This document shows positions 39,602 through 50,533 of a DNA stretch of 64,000 bases, in pieces. A model generated the notes under the pieces. That model saw nothing but the letters and a program-made list of their open reading frames with translations, searched no databases and was not told the DNA's origin. The DNA lies in contig CAXULY010000011.1 in NCBI GenBank assembly GCA_964252075.1, positions 63,548 through 127,547 on the forward strand. The letters are read 5' to 3'. Origin of the DNA: an uncultured Deinococcaceae bacterium (GTDB lineage Bacteria; Deinococcota; Deinococci; Deinococcales; Deinococcaceae). Numbering within the stretch: the first letter of the stretch is position 1; the number at the start of each line of letters is the position of its first letter. A program made the translations under genes and the position numbers.

Positions 39602-40579
39602 ATGACACACGCGTTCCCCAGCGACGCCACCACCGACGACGTGCTGCAGCACACCGACCTCACCCACAAACGGGTCTTCGTCACGGGCATGTCCGCCGGC
39701 CTCGGCGCCGAGACCGCCCGGGCGCTCGCCATGCGCGGCGCGCACGTCATCGGCACCGCCCGCGACACCACCAAAGCCGACGCGGTCCGCACGCGAATCA
39801 ACGACCAGGCGCGCGCCCACGGGGGGAGCCTCACGGTCCTGCCCCTGGACCTCGCCGACCTGAGCAACGTCCGGGCCGTCACCGACCAGCTGACGGCCGA
39901 CCGCCAGCCCCTGGATTTGATCATCGCGAACGCGGGCATCATGGCCACCCCGTTCAGCCGGACGCGGGACGGCTTCGAACTGCAGTTCGGCACGAACCAC
40001 CTGGGTCACTTCGTGCTCGTGAACCGCCTCGCGCCGCTGCTGGAGCCGGGCGGGCGCGCCGTCATGCTGTCCTCTGCCGCCCACCGCTTCGCGGACGTGA
40101 ACATCGAAGACCCCAGCTTCGACACCACCCCCTACGACGCCTGGGTCGCGTACGGGCGCTCCAAGACCGCCAACGCCCTCTTCGCCGTCGCGTTCGACCA
40201 GCGCCACCGCCAGCGCGGCGTCCGCGCCACAGCGGTCCACCCTGGCCTGATCGCCACCGAACTCGCCCGAGGCGTCAGCGCCGAAGACTGGCAGGCCTTC
40301 ACGGACCGCACCTCCCGCGGCCCCCAGACGGAGGACCAGCCACTGACGTACAAGACCATCCCGCAGGGCGCCGCCACGACCGTCTGGGCGGGCGTCGCCG
40401 CGCCCGCCGACGAGGTGGGCGGGCGGTACTGCGAGAACCTCCACGTCAGCCCCGTGATTCCAGCCGGGTCGGCGGCGAGCGCCGGCTGGGAGGGCGTCAT
40501 GGCCTACGCCGCCGATGCCGATTCCGCTGAGCGGCTGTGGCGCAAGAGCGAGGAACTCGTAAACGAGCGCTTTTCTTAA
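39602..40579 (+). CDS. SDR oxidoreductase (retinol dehydrogenase/WWOX-like)
   Basis: TGMSAGLG, ANAGIM, FGTNHLGHF, YGRSK, QGAAT. Confidence 0.92.
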   Translation: MTHAFPSDATTDDVLQHTDLTHKRVFVTGMSAGLGAETARALAMRGAHVIGTARDTTKADAVRTRINDQARAHGGSLTVLPLDLADLSNVRAVTDQLTADRQPLDLIIANAGIMATPFSRTRDGFELQFGTNHLGHFVLVNRLAPLLEPGGRAVMLSSAAHRFADVNIEDPSFDTTPYDAWVAYGRSKTANALFAVAFDQRHRQRGVRATAVHPGLIATELARGVSAEDWQAFTDRTSRGPQTEDQPLTYKTIPQGAATTVWAGVAAPADEVGGRYCENLHVSPVIPAGSAASAGWEGVMAYAADADSAERLWRKSEELVNERFS

Positions 40580-40997
40580 GCCACGCTGGCCCAGGGAGAA
40601 CCACAGCCAGTGCTGGTCTTACCTCTGCATCGCATTCAACTCTTGCTGCGCTGATTGACGCAGGCACGCGCTGCGCACTAACAGCAAGGAGAGGAGGTGT
40701 ACCGCCGTGAGCTGGAAGGGACACTGGATGGGACACAGGTTCACTATCCCGGCGAGAACCCCACTCTGAGCGCCTGCCGCCGCAAGCATGGCGCCGCTCG
40801 CAAAGGCAGTGAGGACGCCTAATGCGACCTGGACGGGGACGCACTGCGAACGTCGTCCTGTTGGTTCCTGTTCCTGGCACTCTCAGCGCGGTTGGAAGGA
40901 CGGCATCAGGGGTCAGTGGGGATGCACGGGACTGGCGTGGGTGCGCCGCTCTCCCTGCTTCGGAACCCGATCACCGCTCAGCCCGTAGGCTGCATTC

Positions 40998-41948
40998 GTG
41001 CGTCCGACGAACCTGCTGGCCCTCTTCGGCCTTCCCACCGACACGCCCGTCACGTCCCTGCACGCCAGCGCGCCCGTGTGGGCGGTCACCACACCTCAGG
41101 GGCGGGTGGTGCTGAAACGCACCAGCGCCCAGCGCGGCGCGGCCATCAAGGCGTGGACCCAGGCGCTCGCCTCAGCGGGCGTGGGCATCGTCGCCCCGCT
41201 GGCCGGACCCGAGATCCTGCCGGACCCGCAAGCCCCGGACACCCCCGTCGCATGGGTCATGTATCCCTTCGTGACCGGGCACCGGTACCACGGCACCGCG
41301 GCGGAACTCAGCGCCGCGGGGGCGCTGCTGGGCCGCGTGCACGCGTTTCAGCCCGCACGCGACTTCGGCCTGGCGGAGCACACCACGGTCCGCGCCTTCC
41401 CGGCTGCCGAGATTGATGAACTGATGGGCGCGGTGCTGGACGCGGTGGAGCGGGCGTTTCCCGCTCAGCTGGAGGAGGTGCGGGCGGTGCTGGCCGAGCG
41501 CCGGTCACGGTACCTGGAGGTCGTGCTGCCCCGCACGCTCGCCCTCTTGCTGCCCCTCGCGAACTGCAGCTGGGACCATAAAGCGGCGAACCTGGTCTTC
41601 CAGGCGTCGGGCGCGCCGGTGCTGGTGGACCCGGACAACGCGGTGCGGATGCCGCGGCTGTACGACCTGGCCATCACCGCCCTGTCCTTTCAACTGGACG
41701 CCTCGCTCCACGACGGCCCGGTCCATCCGCTGTCCCCGGCCGACTGGCCGGTGTTCCTCAGCGGGTACGTGCAGCACGTGACGTGGACGGACGCCGAGCG
41801 GGCCGCGTGGCCAGACGTGCTGCTGTGCGCGTGGATGGATGAGTCCCTCTGGCAGCTGCACGCCGCGGGCGACGACTGGCACGATGAGCGGCTCGGGCCG
41901 GCCCTGCTGGAGTTGCTGCGTCTCCCCCACCCATACGCGCTGGTTTGA
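40998..41948 (+). CDS. APH-like phosphotransferase with atypical catalytic loop
   Basis: VVLK, LGRVH, SWDHKAANL, LVDPD, RLYDLA; TAGGCT-N6-GTG. Confidence 0.75.
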   Translation: MRPTNLLALFGLPTDTPVTSLHASAPVWAVTTPQGRVVLKRTSAQRGAAIKAWTQALASAGVGIVAPLAGPEILPDPQAPDTPVAWVMYPFVTGHRYHGTAAELSAAGALLGRVHAFQPARDFGLAEHTTVRAFPAAEIDELMGAVLDAVERAFPAQLEEVRAVLAERRSRYLEVVLPRTLALLLPLANCSWDHKAANLVFQASGAPVLVDPDNAVRMPRLYDLAITALSFQLDASLHDGPVHPLSPADWPVFLSGYVQHVTWTDAERAAWPDVLLCAWMDESLWQLHAAGDDWHDERLGPALLELLRLPHPYALV

Positions 41949-42209
41949 CTGTCTCAGGGGCGTCCAGCCATGCAGTCCTGGCGCACGGGCGGAGCGCACA
42001 GTCAGCTGAAAACCAATGAGGCCCGTCCGTTCAAGTGACCAGGGCTTGCGGTCGGCCTGGTCTGAAGGTGCGTCTGTTGCGGCATACGAGGTTGCGCAGC
42101 GCCCTCATGACCCGCAACTGAAGGTTTGCTGAAGCCGCGCTCGTGTAGCAGTCCCTACAATCTCCTACGATGAAGCACCTCTCCTCCGCGCCCCTCCAGG
42201 AACCTCAGG

Positions 42210-43364
42210 ATGAAGCCTCAGGCCACCGACGAAGCGGATGACCGTGCCCACTCCATCGGGGCCCCCACCGGCCCCGCACGCACGCTGCGCGTGAACCGCC
42301 CTGTGGAAGGCGACGTTCAGTACCGGCTGCTGGTCGAGAGCGTCATGGATTACGCGATCTTCATGCTGGACCCGGACGGTCACATCCTCACGTGGAACGT
42401 CGGGGCGCAGCGCATCAAGGGGTACACCGCACAGGAGATCATCGGGCGGCACTTCTCCACGTTCTACACCGAGCCAGACCGCGCGCGTCACCACCCCGAC
42501 GCGGAACTGGAGATCGCGCGCGCCGAAGGGCGATACGAGGAAGAAGGGTGGCGGGTCCGCAAGGACGGCACGACCTTCTGGGCGAACGTCGTGATCACCA
42601 CCCTGCGGGATGACGAAGGGCGCATCGTCGGCTTCGCGAAAGTCACGCGCGACCTCACGGAGCGCCGCGCGGCCGAGCAGCGCCTGCGCGAGCAGGCGGA
42701 GGAACTGGAGGCCTTCGCGTACAGCGTGTCGCACGACCTCCGCACGCCCGTGCGGCACATCACCGGGTTCGCCTCACTGCTGCGCAACGCCCTGAAAGGC
42801 CGACTGGATGACAAGTCGGCGCAGTACCTGACGATCATCAATGACGCCGCGCTCCGCATGAACGTGCTCATCGACGCGATGCTGGACCTGTCCCGCAGCG
42901 GCCGTCAAGCGCTGCAGCTTGAGGCCGTGGACCTCAACGCGCTGCTCTCGGCGGTGCGCGCGGACCTGGAGACGGAACTCGATGAGCGGCGCGTCACGTG
43001 GGAGGTTGCTCCCTTGCCGGTGGTGAGGGCGGACGGCGACACCCTGCGGCAGGTGCTCGCGAACCTGCTCGGGAACGCCCTCAAGTACACCCGCACGCGC
43101 GAGGCGGCGCGCATTGAGGTGTGGGCGGAGGAACGCGAGCAGGAGGTCGCGGTGTTCGTGCGGGACAACGGCGTGGGCTTCGACCCGAAGTACCAGGAGC
43201 GGCTGTTCGGGGCGTTCCAGCGCCTGCACCGCACGGACGAGTTCGAGGGCACCGGGGTGGGCCTCGCGACGGTCCGCCGCATCATTCACCGGCACGGCGG
43301 ACAGGTGTGGGCGCAGAGCGACCCCGACCAAGGCGCCGTGTTCAGCTTCACCCTCCCGAAGTGA
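42210..43364 (+). CDS. PAS-domain sensor histidine kinase
   Basis: DYAIFMLD...WNVGAQRIKGY...RKDGT-FWA PAS/PAC; SVSHDLRTP; NALKY; GTGVGLA. Confidence 0.95.
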   Translation: MKPQATDEADDRAHSIGAPTGPARTLRVNRPVEGDVQYRLLVESVMDYAIFMLDPDGHILTWNVGAQRIKGYTAQEIIGRHFSTFYTEPDRARHHPDAELEIARAEGRYEEEGWRVRKDGTTFWANVVITTLRDDEGRIVGFAKVTRDLTERRAAEQRLREQAEELEAFAYSVSHDLRTPVRHITGFASLLRNALKGRLDDKSAQYLTIINDAALRMNVLIDAMLDLSRSGRQALQLEAVDLNALLSAVRADLETELDERRVTWEVAPLPVVRADGDTLRQVLANLLGNALKYTRTREAARIEVWAEEREQEVAVFVRDNGVGFDPKYQERLFGAFQRLHRTDEFEGTGVGLATVRRIIHRHGGQVWAQSDPDQGAVFSFTLPK

Positions 43365-43865
43365 GCGGAGGCCGCATTGGGCAATCCGTGGCAGACCTCC
43401 TCAGCGGCAAAACGCGCGCGGGTCCGTGCCGCTGTTCCATGCGTCGCGGTGTTTGTTCCGGTGCCACGCGGCCTCCTTCACCATGACGCCTTGAGGCCAG
43501 GGGCGCGAGGATGGAGTGGGACGCCGTGCGGGACCGGTCGGGACCATCGCGCAGGCTCATTCTGCGGAGCGCCCGGCACTGAAGTCGTGGCCCAGCACTT
43601 ACTCAAGCCCACTGCGGGCCGCACGCGCCCGCCCGATCGCCGTGGACACAGGCAGGCGAAAGGACCTCACCGGCCACGGCGCCCCTCACCGGGTGGCACG
43701 ATGCTCGATATGCCTGCGCGTATAGTGGGCGATGTATCCCCCGTGATGCACGCGCCACCATCTTTCGCTCCTGGTTGCACACGCATGGACGCCTCGACGC
43801 GCGGCCTGCTCGTGAGCGGACCACCGTCCACTGGGGCACCGCGATGACGAACGGAGGTCGCCCGA

Positions 43866-44525
43866 ATGGATGAAGCGGAGGCCCCCAAACGCGCCACTTA
43901 CCACCACGGTGACCTGCGGCAGGCCCTGATTCAGGCGGGACTCGATCTGGCGCGCCAGGGAGGACCGGATGCGGTCGGTGTGCGGGAGGCGACGCGCCGG
44001 GTGGGGGTCGCGCCGAACGCCGTGTACCGTCACTTCGAGGACCGTGACGCCCTGATCGCCGCGGTCTGCTCGGCCGCCCAGACGGAGGTTGCGCGCGCCA
44101 TTGAGACGCAACTTGCACGCGTCGACGCCGCACTGGGTGGCGCGCAACGCGCGCGGGCGCGGTTTCACGCGGTGGGGCTGGGGTACATGCGTTTCGCGCA
44201 GACGGAGCCGGGCTTGTTCCGCACGGCCTTCTGGGTGTCGAAGGACCTCCAGAAGGCCGCCAGTCCTGATCGGCGCAGCGAGGGCGGCCGGACGCCCTTC
44301 GAGTGGCTGAGTGAGGCCCTGGATGAACTCGTTGAGGCGGGCGTGCTGGAACGCCGGCACCGCCAGAACGCGGAGTTCCTGGCGTGGTCTGCCGTGCATG
44401 GTTTGGCGACCCTGCTGATTGATGGCCCGCTGCGGGCCCTGAGCGAGGAGCGTGCGCGGGACCTTGAACACCTGCTGGTGGAGATGGTGGAGCGGGGTCT
44501 GCAAGGTGGCTCGGGCGTAGGTTGA
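43866..44525 (+). CDS. TetR family regulator (WHG-type C-terminus)
   Basis: YHHGDLR, GVAPNAVYRHF, WSAVHG. Confidence 0.92.
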   Translation: MDEAEAPKRATYHHGDLRQALIQAGLDLARQGGPDAVGVREATRRVGVAPNAVYRHFEDRDALIAAVCSAAQTEVARAIETQLARVDAALGGAQRARARFHAVGLGYMRFAQTEPGLFRTAFWVSKDLQKAASPDRRSEGGRTPFEWLSEALDELVEAGVLERRHRQNAEFLAWSAVHGLATLLIDGPLRALSEERARDLEHLLVEMVERGLQGGSGVG

Positions 44526-44765
44526 GACCGCCAGTTGGAGCAGACGGCTCAACCTGGTTGTGGTGCACCTGACCTCACCCTGGTGTGCTGGCACCGACCG
44601 GTGTTTGCGCACCAAGGACAGCATGGCGATGGGGCGCCATGTTTTTCAACCGGAACGATGCGCACACGAAGAGCGGCCGATTCTGGTGGAGGCGTCTGGT
44701 GTGCTGCTGGGCGTTGGGTAGGCGGAGCACCAACGCTTGCGCTTCACCCTTCATTGAAGCGCCTG

Positions 44766-44808
44766 TTGCAGTTCTGTTATTGGCGTAGTAATGTGGACGG
44801 CGTACACA
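44766..44808 (+). promoter_or_regulatory. Promoter TTGCAG-N17-TAATGT with overlapping imperfect palindrome TGTGGACGGCGTACACA
   Basis: Read directly, upstream of the gene at 44904. Confidence 0.5.
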
Positions 44809-44903
44809 ACCATGACAGCGAACGCATGCCCGTGCCGCTGCTCACGTCCAATTCGAACAGAACGTCTCAGCCGTTCGCCTGAACGCAGCCAGAAGGGGTC
44901 ACC

Positions 44904-45494
44904 ATGAGAAGAGTTGTGCTCGGCATGTTCGTTTCGGTGGATGGATTCGTCAGTGGTCCGAACGGCGAGGTGGACTGGATTTTCCGGTTCGGGGACGACG
45001 CGACGGACGAATGGATCGTCGAGAACCTGTGGGAGGCGGGCGTCCTCGCCATGGGCAGCCGGTCCTACCAGGACATGGCGTCATTCTGGCCGACCTCGGA
45101 CGCGCCCTTCGCCGCGCCGATGAACGCCATTCCGAAAGTTGTGTTTACAAGAAATGGACGCGTCGATGCGCCGGGCAAACAGGCGGACACGCCAGGCGAG
45201 CCTGGTGACGGCTCCTGGGCCAGCCCGGTGGTCGCGGGTGGCGACCTTGCCGATGAGATCGCGCGGCTCAAGGCGCAGCCCGGCAAGGACATCAGGGTGC
45301 TCGGGGGTGCCAGTTTTGCCCAGGCCCTCGCGGCGCGTGGCCTCATCGACGAGTACAGGCTCCTGGTGGCGCCGGTCGCGCTGGGCCGAGGGGTCCCCCT
45401 CTTCTCCGGTTTGGCCCAGCCCGTCGACCTGCGCCTCGTGGGCACCAGGACGTTCAGTAGGGGCGCGCTCGCGCTGATCTACCAACCCGCGTGA
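44904..45494 (+). CDS. Dihydrofolate reductase/RibD C-terminal family protein
   Basis: FVSVDGF, MNAIPKVVF, GLIDEYRL, PVALGRG. Confidence 0.9.
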   Translation: MRRVVLGMFVSVDGFVSGPNGEVDWIFRFGDDATDEWIVENLWEAGVLAMGSRSYQDMASFWPTSDAPFAAPMNAIPKVVFTRNGRVDAPGKQADTPGEPGDGSWASPVVAGGDLADEIARLKAQPGKDIRVLGGASFAQALAARGLIDEYRLLVAPVALGRGVPLFSGLAQPVDLRLVGTRTFSRGALALIYQPA

Positions 45495-46317
45495 GCGCCG
45501 CTGGATGGGCCGCGCACGGGCACGGGCACCGCAACGGCATGGTGAGAGGGGCGCCCCCTCCGCTGCAGTATGGAACGGAGCACATCCGGTTACGGGCGCA
45601 AGGTGGTTGCCTCACATCATGGATGACCTCTCCGCGCCTATTCCTGGACGTCGGCCAGAGCGGACCTCGAGACCCGGAACCCACGTCCGGATGATGTCCT
45701 TGATCCTTCCACCATTGCTTCTCGATCGAGCCACCCGAGCAGCGCGGCGCCTATGGGGGCGTCGTGCGCACAGGGTTTCCAACGTTTCATGCTCGGTCGA
45801 TCAACGCGCCGCGCTTGCTACGACCCAATACCCCAGCCCGCCATCAGTGGCATATCCCGGGTGACTGGTGGGTTGAGGTGCAATCCGGTGTCCCTTCTGG
45901 GGACGTTGCTCCAGCTCGGCGCTTACGGGGAGGCGCGATGCGTTGCATTACCTATGGTGTTTAGGCTGGCGCTCGCACAGTGCTCTCGCCGTCTCGGAGT
46001 TTGGAGCGTTTCTTTTCAGGGCGAGACACACAGCGTGGAGGGAAGGGCAGCAGCACATGGATCACCCTGCAAACGGCACACTCAAAACGGGGAGTCACAA
46101 CATCTAGTAATGGACGTCCAGACATCCAGACGTTTAACCTTTCTAAGAGGCGAGGCGCATCACAGAAGCAATTCAGACCAAGAGCATCACCCAGATGACC
46201 TGCAGACAGTCAACGCGCACGCCTTCGCTCACAACCAGATACATGGCTTCGAATGCCTTCCGCCGCCCTACCCGTCCAGCACCACCCGCCCGTCAGCAAC
46301 AGGCTCAAGGTGACACC

Positions 46318-47112
46318 ATGAAAACGGTCAAATCCAAAGACGGCACGACCATCGCGTATGAGCAGGCAGGAGAGGGCCCAGCGCTGATCCTCATTCATGG
46401 CGCCACCCAGCACCGCGCCAGCGACCAGAGCATGCAGCAACTGGCTGCGCGGCTGGCGCCCCAGTTCACTGTGGTTCAGTACGACCGGCGTGGGCGGGGC
46501 GGGAGTACGGACACCCTGCCTTTCTCAGTGGACCGCGAAGTTGACGACATTGAGGCCCTGCTGGACGCTGCAGGTGGCTTGGCCTTCCTGTACGGCATGT
46601 CCAGTGGCGCGGTGCTCGCCATGGAAGCCGCGATCGCGCTGCCAGGCAGAATCAGGAAGCTGGCCATGTACGAGCCGCCCTTCAACGACGACGAGGCCGC
46701 CCGGCAGCGCTGGAGAACGTACCGCGAGCAGCTCGGGACGCTGCTGGCCGAGGACCGCCGGGGGGACGCGATGGCCCTTTTCCTCACGCTCGTGGGGCTG
46801 CCGGAGGACCGCATCGCCGGGATGCGGCGGGCCCCGACGTGGCCGATGGCGGAGGCCATCGCGCCCACCCTGGCGTACGACCACCTCGGCTTGATGGGCG
46901 TCGACGCCTCCGTGCCCCTGCAGAGGGCCGCGCGGTTGCCCGTCCCCACCTTGGTGCTGGTGGGTGGAGCGAGCTTCGAGTTCATGCAGAAGACCGCGGT
47001 GACGCTCGCGCAGGCCCTCCCGGACGGACGGACGGTAACGCTGGAGGGCCAGACGCACAACGTGGACGCTGCCGTGCTCGCTCCTGTGCTGGAAGGGTTC
47101 TTCATGACGTGA
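46318..47112 (+). CDS. Alpha/beta hydrolase
   Basis: SKDGTTIAY, YDRRGRG, GMSSGA, GQTH. Confidence 0.9.
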   Translation: MKTVKSKDGTTIAYEQAGEGPALILIHGATQHRASDQSMQQLAARLAPQFTVVQYDRRGRGGSTDTLPFSVDREVDDIEALLDAAGGLAFLYGMSSGAVLAMEAAIALPGRIRKLAMYEPPFNDDEAARQRWRTYREQLGTLLAEDRRGDAMALFLTLVGLPEDRIAGMRRAPTWPMAEAIAPTLAYDHLGLMGVDASVPLQRAARLPVPTLVLVGGASFEFMQKTAVTLAQALPDGRTVTLEGQTHNVDAAVLAPVLEGFFMT

Positions 47113-47162
47113 GCACCACCTGCGAGGCAGACCAACCCCACAAAGAGCACATGAGGAGCGAC

Positions 47163-47699
47163 ATGCGAAAAGTGATTGTGACGGAGTTCCTGACCCTCGA
47201 CGGCGTATACGAGGAGGCCACACCCTGGCGGCATGGCTACCACCCGGACGTCGGAACATTCAAGGCCGACGAACTCTTTGACAGTGGCGCCCTGCTGCTC
47301 GGCCGCGTGACGTACGAGGGTTTCGTCCGGTACTGGCCCAGCGCTGAGAACGCTGGGGCGTTCGGCGAACGGATGAACAGCCTCCCAAAGTTCGTCGCCA
47401 CCACCACCCTGACGACCTTGGAGTGGAACGCCACCGCGCTTGACGGGGACGTGGTCACGGCGGTGGAGGCCCTGAAACGGCAGGACGGCCAGAACCTGCT
47501 CGTGTACGGCAGCGGCACCCTCGTCCAGACGCTCCTGCGCCACGGCCTGGTGGATGAACTGCGCCTCATGGTCTATCCGGTGGTCTTGGGGAGTGGCAAG
47601 CGCCTGTTCGCAGGCGGGGATCAGCTGGCGATGAACCTGATGGCCGTGCGGAACCTCGGGTCAGGCGTGCTGCTGCTGACGTACCAGCCCGACGCGTGA
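47163..47699 (+). CDS. Dihydrofolate reductase/RibD C-terminal family protein
   Basis: EFLTLDG, LLGRVTYE, GSGTLV, VDELRL...GSGKRLF. Confidence 0.9.
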   Translation: MRKVIVTEFLTLDGVYEEATPWRHGYHPDVGTFKADELFDSGALLLGRVTYEGFVRYWPSAENAGAFGERMNSLPKFVATTTLTTLEWNATALDGDVVTAVEALKRQDGQNLLVYGSGTLVQTLLRHGLVDELRLMVYPVVLGSGKRLFAGGDQLAMNLMAVRNLGSGVLLLTYQPDA

Positions 47700-48439
47700 T
47701 GTGCACGACCGTGTCCTGTGGCCAGTCAGGTTGAACCCACCATGCGGTTCAAGTGCGATCTCTTTGTATGGTTCAAGGGGGCAGGCACGTGAGACCGAGG
47801 AAACCACCGTGGCAGGTTGAACAACCACAGGGTCATGCGCCACCTAGTCTGGACGTGCCACGGCTCGCTTTCGGCTTTTTGAGGCGCTACAGTGCGCTGC
47901 GCCTGACACGTCGTCCAATGCGACGGATGGTGGACCGAACACAGAAGGGATGTGGGCAATTCCCGTTGTGTGGCGCTGCCGAGCACACGTGACTGGCCTA
48001 CATGGCCCACCGAACACCGCGTGTTCATCACCGCGTCGCGGACTGCTTTCGATGAGCCGACACATGCGGTGGGCATCCGCGCTTGAGAAGCGCCGGTCAA
48101 GGCACACCACTCACAGGACAGGCAACGGGGCTGAGTGCCTGGATGAAGCTCACCGCTTGACAGGCGTCCAGCCGCCACCCCGGCGTGCTGGCCAGCGGTA
48201 CGTCTCCACCAAGACACTCCATTACTGAAATCGACTCGCGCTGGAATGAGCCCCATACCGCTGTGGCTGAATCACGCGCCAGTCTGGGTTTGGAATCGAC
48301 GCCCCTCGGACGCCCGTAGGCGATCAGTCGAGAAGGTGAGCCGGACCTTGTGCCATGCCTTGCATTTGCTTGGCAGCACCACCATGACGCGCGTGGCCGT
48401 CCTTTCAGGCTGCGGTCCGTGTGGACGTAGACTTGAGGG

Positions 48440-49324
48440 GTGAAGGATCGTTCCGACCCGCGGGCGAGCAGCGACACCCGCACGGCCTGGCGGGTGGCCC
48501 TGGGGAACATCATCTTCAACAACGACACCCGCGCTGGACGGTTGTTCGACCTGGCGCTCAGCGTGCTGATCGTGGGGAGCGTGCTGTCCGTGATGCTGGA
48601 GAGCGTGAGCGGCATCCGGGCGCGGCACGGTCCGCAACTGCGGGCGGCGGAGCTGACGTTCACGCTGCTGTTCGGGGTGGAGTACCTGCTGCGCATGCTG
48701 GGCGCGCGGCACGCGTCGCATTACGCCCGCAGTTTCTTCGGCGTGGTGGACCTGCTGTCCATTCTGCCGGGCTTCGCGGCGCTGCTGTTCCCTGGCGCGC
48801 AGGCGCTCGCGGTGGTGCGCGCCCTGCGCCTGCTGCGCGTGTTCCGCATCTTCAAACTCGCGCGGTACCTCAGCGAGGCGAGTGTGCTGACCGAGGCGCT
48901 GCGCGCCAGCACCGCGAAGATCACGGTGTTCGTCGCGGTGGTCCTCACCCTGGTGACCATCATTGGGGCGCTGATGTACGTCATTGAGGGCCCACGCAAT
49001 GGGTTTACGAGCATCCCGACGAGCATTTACTGGGCGGTCGTGACGTTGACGACCGTGGGTTATGGCGACATCGCGCCCAGGACGGGCCTCGGGAAGTTCC
49101 TGGCGTCCGCCGCGATGATCCTCGGGTACGGCATCATCGCGGTGCCGACGGGCATCGTGACGGTCAGTCTGACGCAGGCGCAGGCGCGCCGCACCGCCCG
49201 CACGTGCGAGAACTGCGGCCTCGCCCGTCACGATCCGGACGCCCTGCACTGCAAGCGGTGCGGCGCGCGGCTGTCGAACACCACCGAGAATGACCGGGCG
49301 GCGGGCAGCACCCAGCCGCAGTGA
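48440..49324 (+). CDS. Voltage-gated-type potassium channel with C-terminal zinc ribbon
   Basis: S4 RALRLLRVFRIFKLAR; filter TTVGYGD; CENC...CKRC; TAGACT-N6-GTG. Confidence 0.93.
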   Translation: MKDRSDPRASSDTRTAWRVALGNIIFNNDTRAGRLFDLALSVLIVGSVLSVMLESVSGIRARHGPQLRAAELTFTLLFGVEYLLRMLGARHASHYARSFFGVVDLLSILPGFAALLFPGAQALAVVRALRLLRVFRIFKLARYLSEASVLTEALRASTAKITVFVAVVLTLVTIIGALMYVIEGPRNGFTSIPTSIYWAVVTLTTVGYGDIAPRTGLGKFLASAAMILGYGIIAVPTGIVTVSLTQAQARRTARTCENCGLARHDPDALHCKRCGARLSNTTENDRAAGSTQPQ

Positions 49325-49607
49325 GGGTTTAGGGCCGGTCCATTGGCCATCAGTGGAAGCGCTCCACGCGAGTCCTGACAATGAACGCGTAACTTTCCAT
49401 CGACCCTTCGAGGTTGAGCTGCTGATGCCACTTGAAGCGCGTCAGGCGGTAGGGCCCTCTGTTGTTGCCTGCGGATCTTACCTCAACGACGCTTCGCCAA
49501 TGACATAAAAGGCGTACGATGGTTGTGGTGTAGCGTTATATCGCAGCCCTCAAACCAGCGGGCATGACGAAAAGCGATGAAAACAGCATCACTTGGGAGG
49601 GTTAAGC

Positions 49608-50087
49608 ATGACGGCTGACTTGCGGTTGATGTACGACTGGGTGAAGCGCACACGCGAAACGGTCTTCACATGGACTGAAGCCCTCCCACCCGATGTGTAT
49701 ACCCTGGAACGCTCGGACTTCGCCCACGGCAGCATCCGCAACGTGCAGGTGCACGTCCTGGCCTGTTACCGACACTGGGTCGCGGAGTGCGGGCTGGACC
49801 TGCAGCGGCCGCCAGCGTCCACCGTCCAGGACGCGGCTGCCGTACGCGACGCGTTCCGGGAGGTGGACGGCTGGCTCAACCTGGCTTTCGAGCGCTTCTC
49901 GGATGTGGACGCGCCCGTGGTCGTACAGTCCGGGGATTTCGGCGCGCTGCGCGTCACGCCGCGCTGGCTGGTGGTGCACCCCATCACGCACGAGTTCCAC
50001 CATAAGGGGCAGATGCTGGCGCTGGGGCGGTTCCTCGGGCATCCGCACCCGCCCGGCTCGGACACGGACCTCGTGTGGCCCATCTGA
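49608..50087 (+). CDS. DinB family protein
   Basis: GSIRN...HV, HPITHEFHHKGQ. Confidence 0.9.
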   Translation: MTADLRLMYDWVKRTRETVFTWTEALPPDVYTLERSDFAHGSIRNVQVHVLACYRHWVAECGLDLQRPPASTVQDAAAVRDAFREVDGWLNLAFERFSDVDAPVVVQSGDFGALRVTPRWLVVHPITHEFHHKGQMLALGRFLGHPHPPGSDTDLVWPI

Positions 50088-50533
50088 GCGCCCGAAGGAT
50101 CGGCCACCTTGCTGGCCTTCGCCACACTGAGGGGGAGTTGATGGTTCCGTCGGATACCCAACGGAGACTCGCGTGCGCCTCTGGATAAGCCTCTGCCACT
50201 GGACGCGTTGAAGCCCGACGTGGCCCGACTTCAGGCGCGCTCCCCCGACGGGCCTGATGGAATACAGCCCAGTGTCATCGTGGCAGAGGGCTCTCCCCGA
50301 CCTTGAGGTCCGAGCCAGGAACAAGAGCGACCAGCAGAGCTTGCATTCTGGCGGCGTCAGTTGATGCAACCATCCCCGACGGACCGACCAGAGACGGTGG
50401 CGCGCGGGTCGGACGTGCCTGCGAGGCGCGTAAATGACCGCTCATGGAGCGGTCCCGCAGGCACGGCTTCAGCTGGCCCATTCACAACCACGTGAGGGCG
50501 CGCCCGTCCCTCCGGCGTTCACCGCGCTGGCCT

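Noticed and set aside
44622..44690. Fluoride riboswitch-like start (GGCGATGG...GCC...AACCG)
   Set aside because: Lacks the downstream GCTGATGAC element and no fluoride-related gene follows.
46098..46135. TGGACGTCCA palindrome and TCCAGAC repeats upstream of the hydrolase
   Set aside because: Short, and no matching regulator is identifiable; may be an operator but not supportable.
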